From the NCBI GenBank assembly GCA_964035545.1, contig CAXIUT010000291.1:1-64000 (forward strand): a stretch of DNA of 64,000 nucleotides. Reading direction: 5' to 3'. Below are positions 9,071 through 20,020 of this stretch, piece after piece (positions within the stretch are counted from its first letter, which is position 1; every line of letters begins with the position of its first letter). Source of the DNA: Bugula neritina. Taxonomy: Eukaryota > Animalia > Bryozoa. Under the pieces are notes generated by a model. It ran no database searches. It was given only the letters and a program-made list of their open reading frames with translations, and had not been told where the DNA came from. Position numbers and translations under genes: made by a program.

Positions 9071-10226
9071 AGTACCGATGTAGAAGTTTTCAGAGATTAG
9101 TGGTGGTATAATGATCGGCACTATTTTACCGACATTCTGACCCCAACTAATGAAATTTGTCTCTCGTCTCAGTGCAGAAGTTAAGCTGACTTTGAGTGAA
9201 GCACAGCAGCATCACCCATCCTCCCGCACGCGTCAACGTGCTCATGCCATACAGCTCAGTAACAAAAGTTATACACTGTCACAATTAGCGGATGTGTTTA
9301 GTGTACGTAGCCATACCATCAGCCAGTGGATTGATGCCTGGGAAGCCTCGGGAGTGGTTGGCTTGTTTGACCTGCCGAGGAGTGGGCGACCGGCGACTTT
9401 AACCGCTGATGAAGTCGAGCGTTTTCGGCATTATCTTGATAAGAATCCGCATCAGCCCAAGAGCGCTATCGCTCTGTTGGAAGCAGAGACGAATAAGACT
9501 GCCAGTGATGACACCTACAAACGCTGTTTGAAAAAAATTTTACCGTTGGAAACGACTACGGACTTCCAGCAAGGAGCAACGTGACGAAGAGACCTTCCGT
9601 AAAGACCAACAGGTGATGATCTATCTACAAGAGAAGGAAGACGCGGGTGAGATTTGCTTGCGCTACTTTGATGAAGCTGGCTTTAGCCTCACCCCCAGCG
9701 TCCCTTATGGATGGCAAAAGGTGGGAGAAACTTGTCGTATCCCGTCTCAAAAGAGCAAACGTCAGAATGTACTCGGATTTATGGGCCGTCAGGGTGAGTG
9801 GTTTTATCAGGTTAAAGAAGGCTCAGTGACCACAGAGACTGTGATTGAAGCTTTCGATGCATTCTCGCAGAAATACTACGAAGAGGAGTTTTTGAAAACG
9901 GGCAAGCTGTGTTTTGTGGCCATTGATAATGCATCCATGCATACCAGTGCTGCCTTCAGGGCACGAATGGAAGACTGGCTCTTGCGTGGTGTCATACCAC
10001 GTTACCTTCCGACCTATTCACCGGAATTGAATTTAATCGAAATTTTGTGGCGGAAGATAAAGTACGAATGGCTACCTTTGCAGGCATTCAGAGACACTAT
10101 CCACTTCAAATATTGGTTGAACAAAATTCTTGAATCGATAGGTGATGAATATCAAATTAATTTTGCTCAAACGGCAAAGTGAGCATTATACGGCCACGAA
10201 ATTGCGAAAACTTTTGCGGAGGTACT
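9071..10226 (+). mobile_element. IS630-family element, type 1, copy 1 (1156 bp)
   Basis: orfA 9150-9584 (HTH) and orfB to 10182 (DDE, YSPELNLIE) joined at an A7 run; ends AGTACC/GGTACT; TA duplication. Confidence 0.95.
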
Positions 10227-10246
10227 TAACTCTGATTATCTACTAG

Positions 10247-11978
10247 GTGGCCGTCCGAGAACGGATCCTCTAACCACCCCACTTTTAGTCAGATCACTTT
10301 TTTAGCAGCACCATCCATCCTGCGACCAGGAGGCCGCTTATTTTCGCCCAAATAGCGATCAATTAACTGCTATTGCAGGCATTTCCGGCCCTTTTAGCCT
10401 CATTATCTGGCTTGTGCCACCCAATTTCCAGATTCCGGACGCACTAATCCTGTCACCGCCGCTTTCACCATTTTTTTCAGGTTGTGTGCCGCGCAGACCA
10501 GCGAAAATTCACCCGCCACTTTTTCTGCACCCCGCAGACTAAACGCCCGGAATCCACCGTTCTTAATATGACCAAACACTGGCTCAACAATCACCTTGCG
10601 TTGTTTGTAAATCGCTTTGGCTTCGCCAGTTGCCATCTGTTCACGCATTTGCTGACGTATCACTTCCTGTCCATCAGAATTGATGGTGCGGGCTTCACCG
10701 GTCTTTGAGCGGCAACAACGTTGATGATACGGGCAGCTCTGGCAGGTGGCTGCTTCACCCTGATAAACCCGCTTACCGTCCTTACCCTGTGTTTTCAAGG
10801 GGAGAATCTGGTCAGCAGGGCAGCGAAAGCTATCACTGGCTTCATCGTAAATAAAATCAGCTTTGACCAGCTTGCGATCAGAATTTGCCAGTGCATCCGC
10901 TACGCTCTGTTCACCCCGGTCAACCGCGACATAAGCCTCAACCTCTGCTGCTTCCAGCGCTTCAAGGTTATCGCCCGAATAATAGCCGTTGTCCAGACTC
11001 ATCTTCTCAGGCAACTCGCCACTTGTATCTTTCAGGGCTGCCAGTGCCGGTTCAACTTCCTGCTTGTCGTTGGCATTTTGGCTGACATGCTGCCCAACAA
11101 TAATTTGCTGCTTACTGTCCACGCTAATCTGACCATTGTAGCAATAATCAAAATCACCCTTCTTACCCATGATACGGGCATCTTCATCCGCAAAGCTGAT
11201 CTGCTTTTTATCGTCAATCACCTTGCCCGGATGTAGCGCTTCTTCCCGTTTTTCCAGAGCGGCTTTTGCCGCTTTGATCGTCGCCAGCCGCTGCTGTTTA
11301 AAGGCCAGTTCTTTAGGCAGTTCATCACCCCGGTCAGTGCCATGCGCCGCGTCTTCTTCCTGATCACAGGCTGTGCCCTGTTTGATCAGCTCATCAATCG
11401 CAGCGGTTAACGCTGCCTCTTTCGCTTTCAGGTGTTTATAACTCATCGCTTTATGCTTTGAGCTGTTCGCTTTGAATTTGGAACCATCCAGACTAACATG
11501 ACCCAGTGAAGCCAGCTTCATCTCCAGGGCCAGCTTCACTGTCTGCTTAAAACAGGCGTGAAAAAACTCAGCATTATCCTTGCGAAAGTCGCTGAGCACC
11601 CGGAAGTTCGGGCAGTTCCGGCCTGCAATGTACATAAACGATAAATCTTCGTTGCACCGTTTTTCCAACTGACGCGAACTGAACACGCCGTGGCTATAGC
11701 CATAAATCAGAATGCTGGTGATTTGGCGGGGATGGTAAGCATGTTGGCCCTTCGGGCTGTATTTCGCTTCAATGCTACTGGTATCCAGTTGCTGAAAAAG
11801 ATCATGGAAAAGAAAGCAGTCGTGATCGGAGGGCAGCAAGTCAAAAACATTGCCCGGAAATAAGGCACGCTGGTGGAGGTCTGCCGGTTCAGATTTAAAG
11901 GGGATAGACATCTATGTTGAGGTCGTCAGTCAGACAAAATTTGATTTTAGCAAAAGTTGGGTGTTGTCGGACAGCCAC
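10247..11978 (-). mobile_element. IS1182-family element (transposase 10403-11911)
   Basis: SSRQLE, LDGSKFKANSS, RKVIVEPVFGHIK motifs; IRs GTGGCCGTCCGA/TCGGACAGCCAC; flanking CTAG duplication. Confidence 0.9.
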
Positions 11979-11981
11979 CTA

Positions 11982-13309
11982 GTACCTCACCTTGAAACTA
12001 TCATGGATAACCCCCATCTCTCTATCATCTGAGAGTTATGGTAGCTAATTCGATGTCCCGTCCTGTTTCTGTAGTTGAACTGAGTTCTGGCCAGCAAGCA
12101 CTGCTGGAAAGTTTTGTGAAGAGTGGAAAAACGGCTTACAGTTTATTCCAACGTAGTCAGGTCGTTTTGTTGGCGGCTTTGGGAAACAGCAATAAAGCGA
12201 TCAGCCAACAAGTTAGCTTGAATGAAAATGCTGTGGGGCTGTGGCGTCGTCGCTGGGTTGAAGGCCATTCAAAACTGTCGCGTTGGGAAGATAAACCCCG
12301 GTTGCTGGGTCAGGGTATTCGTCACCTACTCAGTGACCTTCCCCGCAGTGGCAGCCCACCCACTTTTACTGCTGAGCAGGTTTGTCGGATTATCGCCCTG
12401 GCTTGCGAGAAACCGCCGACTCACCTAAGCCACTGGACACAGGCCGAATTGGCCCGGATGGCGGTAGAACGCGGCATTGTTAATAGCATCTCGAAAAGCA
12501 GTATCGAGCGTTTTTTAAAATCAGGCTGATTTAAAGCCCCACCGTATTCAGTACTGGCTTAATCAGGGTGTTGAAGATAGCCCCGAATTTCGCCAGGCTG
12601 TTCATGCTATCTGTAAACTGTACCATCAGGCTGAAGCCCTCCATGAACAAGGAATACACCTGGTGAGTACGGATGAGAAAACGGGTATGCAAGCGATTGA
12701 ACGTATCCATCCTGACCACCTGATGGAGTCCGGGCAACCGGAACGGCACGAGTTTGAATATACCCGGCATGGCACTCAATGCCTGATCGCTAATTTCGAA
12801 ATTGCGACCGGGCAAGTGATCGACTCAACCGTTGGTGATACCCGAACTGAAACTGATTTTGTCGCCCACATTAAGCGTACGGTTGGTACTGCGGCTAAGG
12901 ATCAGTGGATATTTGTAGTGGATCAGCTCAATACACACAAGTCAGCCGGATTGGTCGAGTACGTCGCGCAAGCCTGTCAGTTAAACCAGCCGCTGGGGGA
13001 AAAGGGGAAATCAGGTATTCTGAAAAGTATGGCATCAAGAATGGCCTTCCTGCAAGATGAAGCGCATCGCATTCGATTCGTATTCACGCCGAAGCATTGC
13101 TCCTGGCTCAATCAAGTGGAAATTTGGTTTGGCATTCTCAGTCGACGCTTACTCAGGCGAGGCAGCTTTACCTCACAGGAAAATCTTAAGCAAAGAGTGG
13201 AAGCCTTTATCGATTATTTCAACAAATACTTGGCTAAGCCTTTTCAATGGACTTACATCGGGAAGCCGCTGGTGGCATGATTATCAATCATATCTCCAAG
13301 GCGAGGTAC
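11982..13309 (+). mobile_element. IS630-family element, type 2, copy 1 (1328 bp)
   Basis: orfA 12038-12529 and orfB to 13280 (SWLNQVEIWF) joined near TTTTTTAAAATCAG; IR GTACCTC(A/G)CCTTG; inserted at CTAG. Confidence 0.95.
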
Positions 13310-13332
13310 TAGTTGTGGGGGGGGGGGTAAAT

Positions 13333-14487
13333 TCACTTAAGAGACTTGTTAGGACTCCAACAATTAGCACCCTGATTCTTGATATGAACCCAAAACCGCT
13401 CAGTTTTCAGCTTATCAAGCATTTCATCATCACCATCAAACCGAGCATTAAAATTCCACCCCCCACTACTATTAGCATCAGCCAAATTCCAAGGCGGCTC
13501 TGAATCAGCATGATAATTTTCCACACCCATCCCCTCAATCCAATGCCCATCATGAAACTCAGCAATCCGCCAGCCATTCCCACAAGCGCCATTAGCAGCC
13601 TCAAGACTCGTCAGCTGCTCCCCTCTGGTTCTAGGACTAAGCTTGATCGCCCTGGGCGACCAGCCCGCAGAACTTTCTTTACCCAGCTTCACAGAATATG
13701 CGGGTCGGGGAATATCCCCCGTTTCTTCCACACACAAAATATGACGCTCAGCAGCACAACTAGTCTCTCCTTTATAAGGGTCACACATACCGCCTTGCCC
13801 CGTTGCCCATTCCGTCACGCTATTGCAGCCAACCTGTACCAAATTAGCCGGGCCATCGGGAATAGTTTGAGCGCGAAAACCCCAGGTCATACCTTTTCTC
13901 ACCGGTGCGGGCGGTGGCGCAGAGCAACTAAAGCTTAAGTTAACTTTTTATCCAGTGATCTTTAGACCATTTAGCATAACGCTTGCCGTTCTCCCGAAGA
14001 GTGTCGCCACCAAAAACAACCGTGATTTTATCGTCTGAGAATGTGGACTTGGCATTAAGCCAGCTTGCTTCGGGGTTATTGGACTGGATGTACATTCCCG
14101 CTACTTTAGTTGTGCAGTTGCCATCGGTAGCTGTGGATTTATACCGTCAAAGTGTAAGGCCGCATCTACCCCGTAACCCGGTTGTTCGTCATCAAAACCA
14201 TGGTCGAAATCAATGCGTATTGTTGATTGTCCTACATCGATATTGAAGCGATGCGGTGTTGGGTTAGATGTCATCTGATCGTTGACCTGGGGCAGCTCTA
14301 TCGTATTGTTAACCGTGATCTGCCTCTTGGCGTTTGGAAGCATATAAACATCCATTTGATCGCCATGAAGTGATGCATTAGCACAGTTACAGGCAGACGC
14401 ACCAGGACTGGAAAGCAGGAATATTCCGGCTAAAATAGACTTTCTGCTAAAGCATATCCTGATGACTGGCACGGAGGTCTCCTGCAT
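13333..14487 (-). pseudogene. Secreted two-domain protein with C-terminal GMTW...NCW domain; two compensating frameshifts (~14127, ~13945)
   Basis: ORFs 14101-14487 and 13333-13902 share a frame; the intervening DGNCTTKVAGMY...KDHWIK reads openly in a shifted frame. Confidence 0.65.
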
Positions 14488-14798
14488 TAATCGGGGCGAA
14501 GATGAAAATAATGTCTACTATTAAATGGGGTGAATCCTGACTGCTTGATATGTGAGCTTAGTAGTAAAATGATTGGATTTAAATGTGAATTTTTCACAAA
14601 AGATATGTGAGGCGTACACTTTTTTTGTGACGATAATTCACTGATAATAAATGAGGTTAGCATAGCCAGCATGCCCCATTTAAGATGAATAATATTGATT
14701 AATGTTATGAGTAACCACTCGGTATGAGTGGAAAACCATGCTGTTAACTTAAAGCACATAAGCTATTTTTACTAAAATAAAACTATCTATGAATGCAT

Positions 14799-14845
14799 GC
14801 ATTAATACGCCAATCCTCATGAAAGTTGCACTTACATGCCAAAAA
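14799..14845. promoter_or_regulatory. Conserved tandem direct-repeat motif, copy C (overlaps the sensor kinase start codon)
   Basis: GCATTAATACGCCAA and GCACTTACATGCCAA at a 29-bp period. Confidence 0.55.
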
Positions 14846-17800
14846 TACTGTTTTTCTTACTGATCGCTTTTTTTTCAGAGACTTTATATGCAGCAGATCT
14901 GCGCTTTTCCCATTTGGGTATAAGTACCTCCGCAAAAGTTTTCGCAATTTCGTGGCCGTATAATGCTCACTTTGCCGTTTGAGCAAAATTAATTTGATAT
15001 TCATCACCTATCGATTCAAGAATTTTGTTCAACCAATATTTGAAGTGGATAGTGTCTCTGAATGCCTGCAAAGGTAGCCATTCGTACTTTATCTTCCGCC
15101 ACAAAATTTCGATTAAATTCAATTCCGGTGAATAGGTCGGAAGGTAACGTGGTATGACACCACGCAAGAGCCAGTCTTCCATTCGTGCCCTGAAGGCAGC
15201 ACTGGTATGCATGGATGCATTATCAATGGCCACAAAACACAGCTTGCCCGTTTTCAAAAACTCCTCTTCGTAGTATTTCTGCGAGAATGCATCGAAAGCT
15301 TCAATCACAGTCTCTGTGGTCACTGAGCCTTCTTTAACCTGATAAAACCACTCACCCTGACGGCCCATAAATCCGAGTACATTCTGACGTTTGCTCTTTT
15401 GAGACGGGATACGACAAGTTTCTCCCACCTTTTGCCATCCATAAGGGACGCTGGGGGTGAGGCTAAAGCCAGCTTCATCAAAGTAGCGCAAGCAAATCTC
15501 ACCCGCGTCTTCCTTCTCTTGTAGATAGATCATCACCTGTTGGTCTTTACGGAAGGTCTCTTCGTCACGTTGCTCCTTGCTGGAAGTCCGTAGTCGTTTC
15601 CAACGGTAAAATTTTTTTCAAACAGCGTTTGTAGGTGTCATCACTGGCAGTCTTATTCGTCTCTGCTTCCAACAGAGCGATAGCGCTCTTGGGCTGATGC
15701 GGATTCTTATCAAGATAATGCCGAAAACGCTCGACTTCATCAGCGGTTAAAGTCGCCGGTCGCCCACTCCTCGGCAGGTCAAACAAGCCAACCACTCCCG
15801 AGGCTTCCCAGGCATCAATCCACTGGCTGATGGTATGGCTACGTACACTAAACACATCCGCTAATTGTGACAGTGTATAACTTTTGTTACTGAGCTGTAT
15901 GGCATGAGCACGTTGACGCGTGCGGGAGGATGGGTGATGCTGCTGTGCTTCACTCAAAGTCAGCTTAACTTCTGCACTGAGACGAGAGACAAATTTCATT
16001 AGTTGGGGTCAGAATGTCGGTAAAATAGTGCCGATCATTATACCACCACTAATCTCTGAAAACTTCTACATCGGTACTTACAGCAGGGCGGTATCGATGC
16101 GCTAGCTCAGGACAAGCATGGCTTTCTCTGGATAGGTACAAGAAATGGATTGGTGCGCTACGATGGTAATGCCATAAAAACCTACCGTAATATTCCTGAT
16201 AAACCTGAAACCCTGCAAGATGATGCCATCATCGCCCTGCACTATGGTAAAGACGGGCGATTATGGGTCGGCACAGCGGAAAATGGAGCGAGTTACTATA
16301 ACTACACAACGGGGCAATTCACCCGAATTGACACCAAGGCGGCTGGTAAGCATGTCTACCGTTTCTACGATGATGAATCGGGGGAGGGTATTTATGCGCA
16401 AACGACAGCTGGTCTGTTTTTTATCGACCTGAGCAATAACGCCAAACTTGTTCTGAGTGCAGAATATTCAGAGTTAGTATTGGGCCTGTATGTCAGTGCA
16501 TCCGGTACGCACGCTATTCTCGAAACAGGGCAAAAGCTCACCTTAGGCCAGAACCCTGAACGACCAGAAATATACCAAATTATCCCGAAAACGCTGATGC
16601 AATACTGGCAGGCTACGTTCTGCCCACACCTGATTAGAGAGGCAATACAGGTAGGCGGTGGTTCTGGCCTGTTCTATTGTTTGCAGGGCAACAAGGTCAT
16701 CGACACCAAATTGAATGAGGTCTTATTTCAGGCCGGTATTAATCCCGGCCAGCTGGTGGTCTATGACCTGACGGAAGATGATAACGGTGTCATCTGGATA
16801 AATAGTGGTCGGGGGTTGCTGCGGATTACGGGCGATCTGGTCTCTAAGATTAAAAGCCCCGGTTTTGATGGCCAGAGCCTGTCCGGCAATAAGCTATCAG
16901 TTCTGCTGGCCGGGCAGAAGAATACCTTGTTTGTTGGCACGCAGGAGCGGGGGCTAAGTACACTCACGCTGGATGACTCGGGTATCAGTTATTTCAACAC
17001 TCTCTATACGGCGTCTCCGGCTGAAAATAAAATTGTCCCTATTGCGCCCGCGAAACCTTGTCAGACTGACGATGACAATGGACAAGCCATGACCTGGAGT
17101 ACGCTGAAAGACGCGGATGGTGATCTATGGGTAGGGAATAACGCAGGTTTGACCCGCAGGCCAGTCGGTTCAGCTACTTTTCAACACTACCACCAGCTGG
17201 GTAGTAAAGCGTTAGTCGATGTATGTGCAGTGCGGGCGTTGGCAGAGGCGGATGGCAAAATCTGGGTCGGTACACCGACAGGGTTGCTCGCCTATGATAA
17301 GCGTAGCCAGGCTGTTACCCACTATACATCTCAGCGGGGTGATGAGGGCGAGCATCATAAAGCGCTTACTGCGATGCGATCAGTGTTCTGTTGCATGATA
17401 ATAAGCGTGGCAGCTTGTGGGTAGGTACTGAGCAGTCTGGGCTGAACCGGATTGATTTGAACAGCGGTAAAATGCGTCATTTTTCTTCTATGGCTAACAA
17501 CCCGGCCATGCTGTCACATGCACAGGTACATAGCCTGTATCTGGATCGGAATAACCGCCTGTGGGTAGGGACGGGGGCAGGTCTGTCGTTATGGAGTGAG
17601 GATAGTGATTCCTTTAAAACCATTCGGGCTTCTGATGAACCCGCAACATTGAGTGGTGCTGTGGTTCATACGATCTACCAGTCCGATGAGGATACCTTAT
17701 GGGCCGGTACGAATAACGGCTTGAATCGGATTAAGATTAGTCAGTTCACTGTGGAAAAACGCTGGTTTGAACGTGATGGGTTACCACATCCGGCAATCTA

Positions 17801-19163
17801 TCAATTTGTCGCTGATGATTATGGTCACTATTGGCTGAGTACGGCTAATGGTTTAAGCCGCTTTGATCCGGCACAGGATAGTTTCAGCAATTATTACCCG
17901 CAGCATGAAACTCAGGCTGATACGGTTAATGTCAATGCCTGGTACCAGGAGAAACAGGGTTTGCTCTACCTGAGTGGGACAGATGGATTTAGTGTTATCA
18001 ATCCGCAAGCATTTGCTACGACTGAGAAATCATATCCTCCGCTTATTACCCGGGTTGATAGCTTAGATCGGCAGGGTGACGAGTCAAAGCTGGAGACGCA
18101 CCCTGCGTTAACTCAGGTGCTGCCCTTAACCGGGGAAGAAGTGCCGACCAAGTTGACGCGTAATGTCCGCCTCAACTTTACCTACCCGTTTTTTGGTGAT
18201 AGCGATTTAGTAAAAAGCCAGTATCGTCTGTTGCCTGCTGTTGATGTTTGGTCAAAGACTTCTCCCGGTTCGCATTATGTGGACTACACCGGCCTGAAAC
18301 CAGGCGCTTATGAATTTCAGCTCAAAGCGAATCTGGCTGGCAATCAGATCAGCAGCTTCCGCTTTGAGATTGAACCTTATTTTTGGGAAACGCCCTGGTT
18401 TCGGGCGCTGGCGTTGATCGCACTGTTAATATCAACCGTATTGTTCACGATTTACTGCTACCGGGTTTGGGGCAAGTTTTCCGCCGACAAAATGACACGT
18501 CAGCATTACCGCATTGTTGAACACGAACTGCGCCCGCATCTGCATGAGGCGAATAAGCAGTTGCAATCGATGCTGCAATCGCCTGGTTTGGCGATTAAAG
18601 ACAAGCAAACCATTCGCTTTTCCATTATGCCGTTAATTGGCAAATCCATTGACTTTATTGCAGAACTACGGACGTTGGTGGATTTACGCCGTACCGTGAA
18701 ACAACCGAAGCAGCTTTATATGCTGGAAGATGTACTGGACGAAGTGCTGCTGTTTTTCCGGGATCAACAGCAGCGTATTGTGTTGGGTGAGGTGGAAGAT
18801 ATTAATGTTCTGACACATCAGGACGCAGTGTATTTACTGGTGAAAAACCTCATCTCTAATGCGATTAAGTATTCGCCGGGCGGTGAGTCGGTACAGGTAA
18901 ATGTGTACTCTGAGGGCAAGACGCTGGTCGTCGAGTGTAATGATCAGGGTATCGGTATTAGTAAAGATAAGCGCAAGGTTATTTATGAGCCGTATAAGCG
19001 CTTTGCCGGGGAGTATAAAAATATTAATGGTCAGGGTATCGGTTTAGCGATTGTACGCTTTGTTGTTCATACTTATCAGGGCAGTATCACTATCACAGAC
19101 AATCAGCCACAGGGGAGTTGTTTCATTGTCCGTCTAAAGGGAGTAGTCGTAGATGAATCATAA
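14836..19163 (+). pseudogene. Beta-propeller/Y_Y_Y periplasmic sensor histidine kinase (HTCS-like), interrupted by IS630 and frameshifted near 17370
   Basis: Removing the IS restores MPKILFFLLIAFFSETLYAADLRFSHLGIQQGGIDALAQDKHGFLWIGT; repeated LWVGT blades, YTGLKPGAYEF, TM, HELR, NAIKYS, DQGIGI, GQGIGL. Confidence 0.85.
14923..16078 (-). mobile_element. IS630-family element, type 1, copy 2
   Basis: Same proteins and same length as 9071-10226, inverted; TA duplication at 14921 and 16079. Confidence 0.95.
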
Positions 19164-19938
19164 AACCAACGGAACTGTCGTATTGATTGAAGACGAGCCA
19201 GCTTCAATTCAGCGTTTGTTGCCCCTGTTGCGTAAGTACCATGAATGCTATTTTGCTACTAATGGCGAGGGCGGGATAAATCTGTATCGTAAGGTCATGG
19301 CTAAGAACCCGCTGGTGATTTGCGATGTGAATCTGCCGGATATGCTGGGGTTTGATGTTTGCCGGGCGATTAAGGCCCACAATCCGGCGACTTATGTCAT
19401 GTTATTGACCGCTTATAATGACAGTGAGCTGAGAATGGCGGGGCTGAACGCTTATGCGGATAGTTATGTCGATAAGGTGCTGAGCGATGAGGAGATTCGG
19501 CTCAAAGTCCGGAATGCCTTTAATACGGTACAGCTCAATCATGCGGTAGAACCGCCGGTTATAACAGAGAAGTCTTCGTGCCGGTGCAAACTGGAAAATT
19601 TTGAAACTTTGGTGCGGGATCGTTTGCTGGATTATTATAAACAGCCGTTTTTTGAGCGTGATAAGCACGGGTGTAATCTGGAAATCATGGCGGAATTTGT
19701 GCATCAGTCTCCACGTACCTTTCAGCGCAAGATGCATGCACAGGTCGGTATGCCATTTAAGACCTTTCAATTAAAAGTTCGCTTGCAAAGAAGCCGGGAA
19801 TTATTGGTGGATGAATTCAGCGTGACCCAGATTGCGGATATTCTGGAATTTTCCAGTCCATCGCACTTTTCACGTGCCTTTCGCGATGAGTATGGGATGA
19901 CGCCGGGTAAGTATAAAAAGCACCAGTTGACGGTGTAA
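19153..19938 (+). CDS. Response regulator, REC + AraC-type HTH
   Basis: IEDE...CDVNLPDMLG...LLTA...K; C-terminal SVTQIADILEFSSPSHFSRAFRDEYGMTPGKY; overlaps kinase stop. Confidence 0.9.
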   Translation: MNHKTNGTVVLIEDEPASIQRLLPLLRKYHECYFATNGEGGINLYRKVMAKNPLVICDVNLPDMLGFDVCRAIKAHNPATYVMLLTAYNDSELRMAGLNAYADSYVDKVLSDEEIRLKVRNAFNTVQLNHAVEPPVITEKSSCRCKLENFETLVRDRLLDYYKQPFFERDKHGCNLEIMAEFVHQSPRTFQRKMHAQVGMPFKTFQLKVRLQRSRELLVDEFSVTQIADILEFSSPSHFSRAFRDEYGMTPGKYKKHQLTV

Positions 19939-20020
19939 TCTCGATAGTTTTTGTGGTGCCTACTTTTCAATAAATACTTGCGCTAGACTGTGAGTTTGCC
20001 CCAACGGCGGTCATCACCTC

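Noticed and set aside
13317-13327. G11 tract as a phase-variation switch
   Set aside because: Lies downstream of a stop codon beside an IS end, not in a coding or evident promoter position
9071-16078. Composite transposon or inversion between the inverted IS630 type 1 copies
   Set aside because: Both flanks of copy 2 rejoin into the kinase frame, so the insertions are independent and unrearranged
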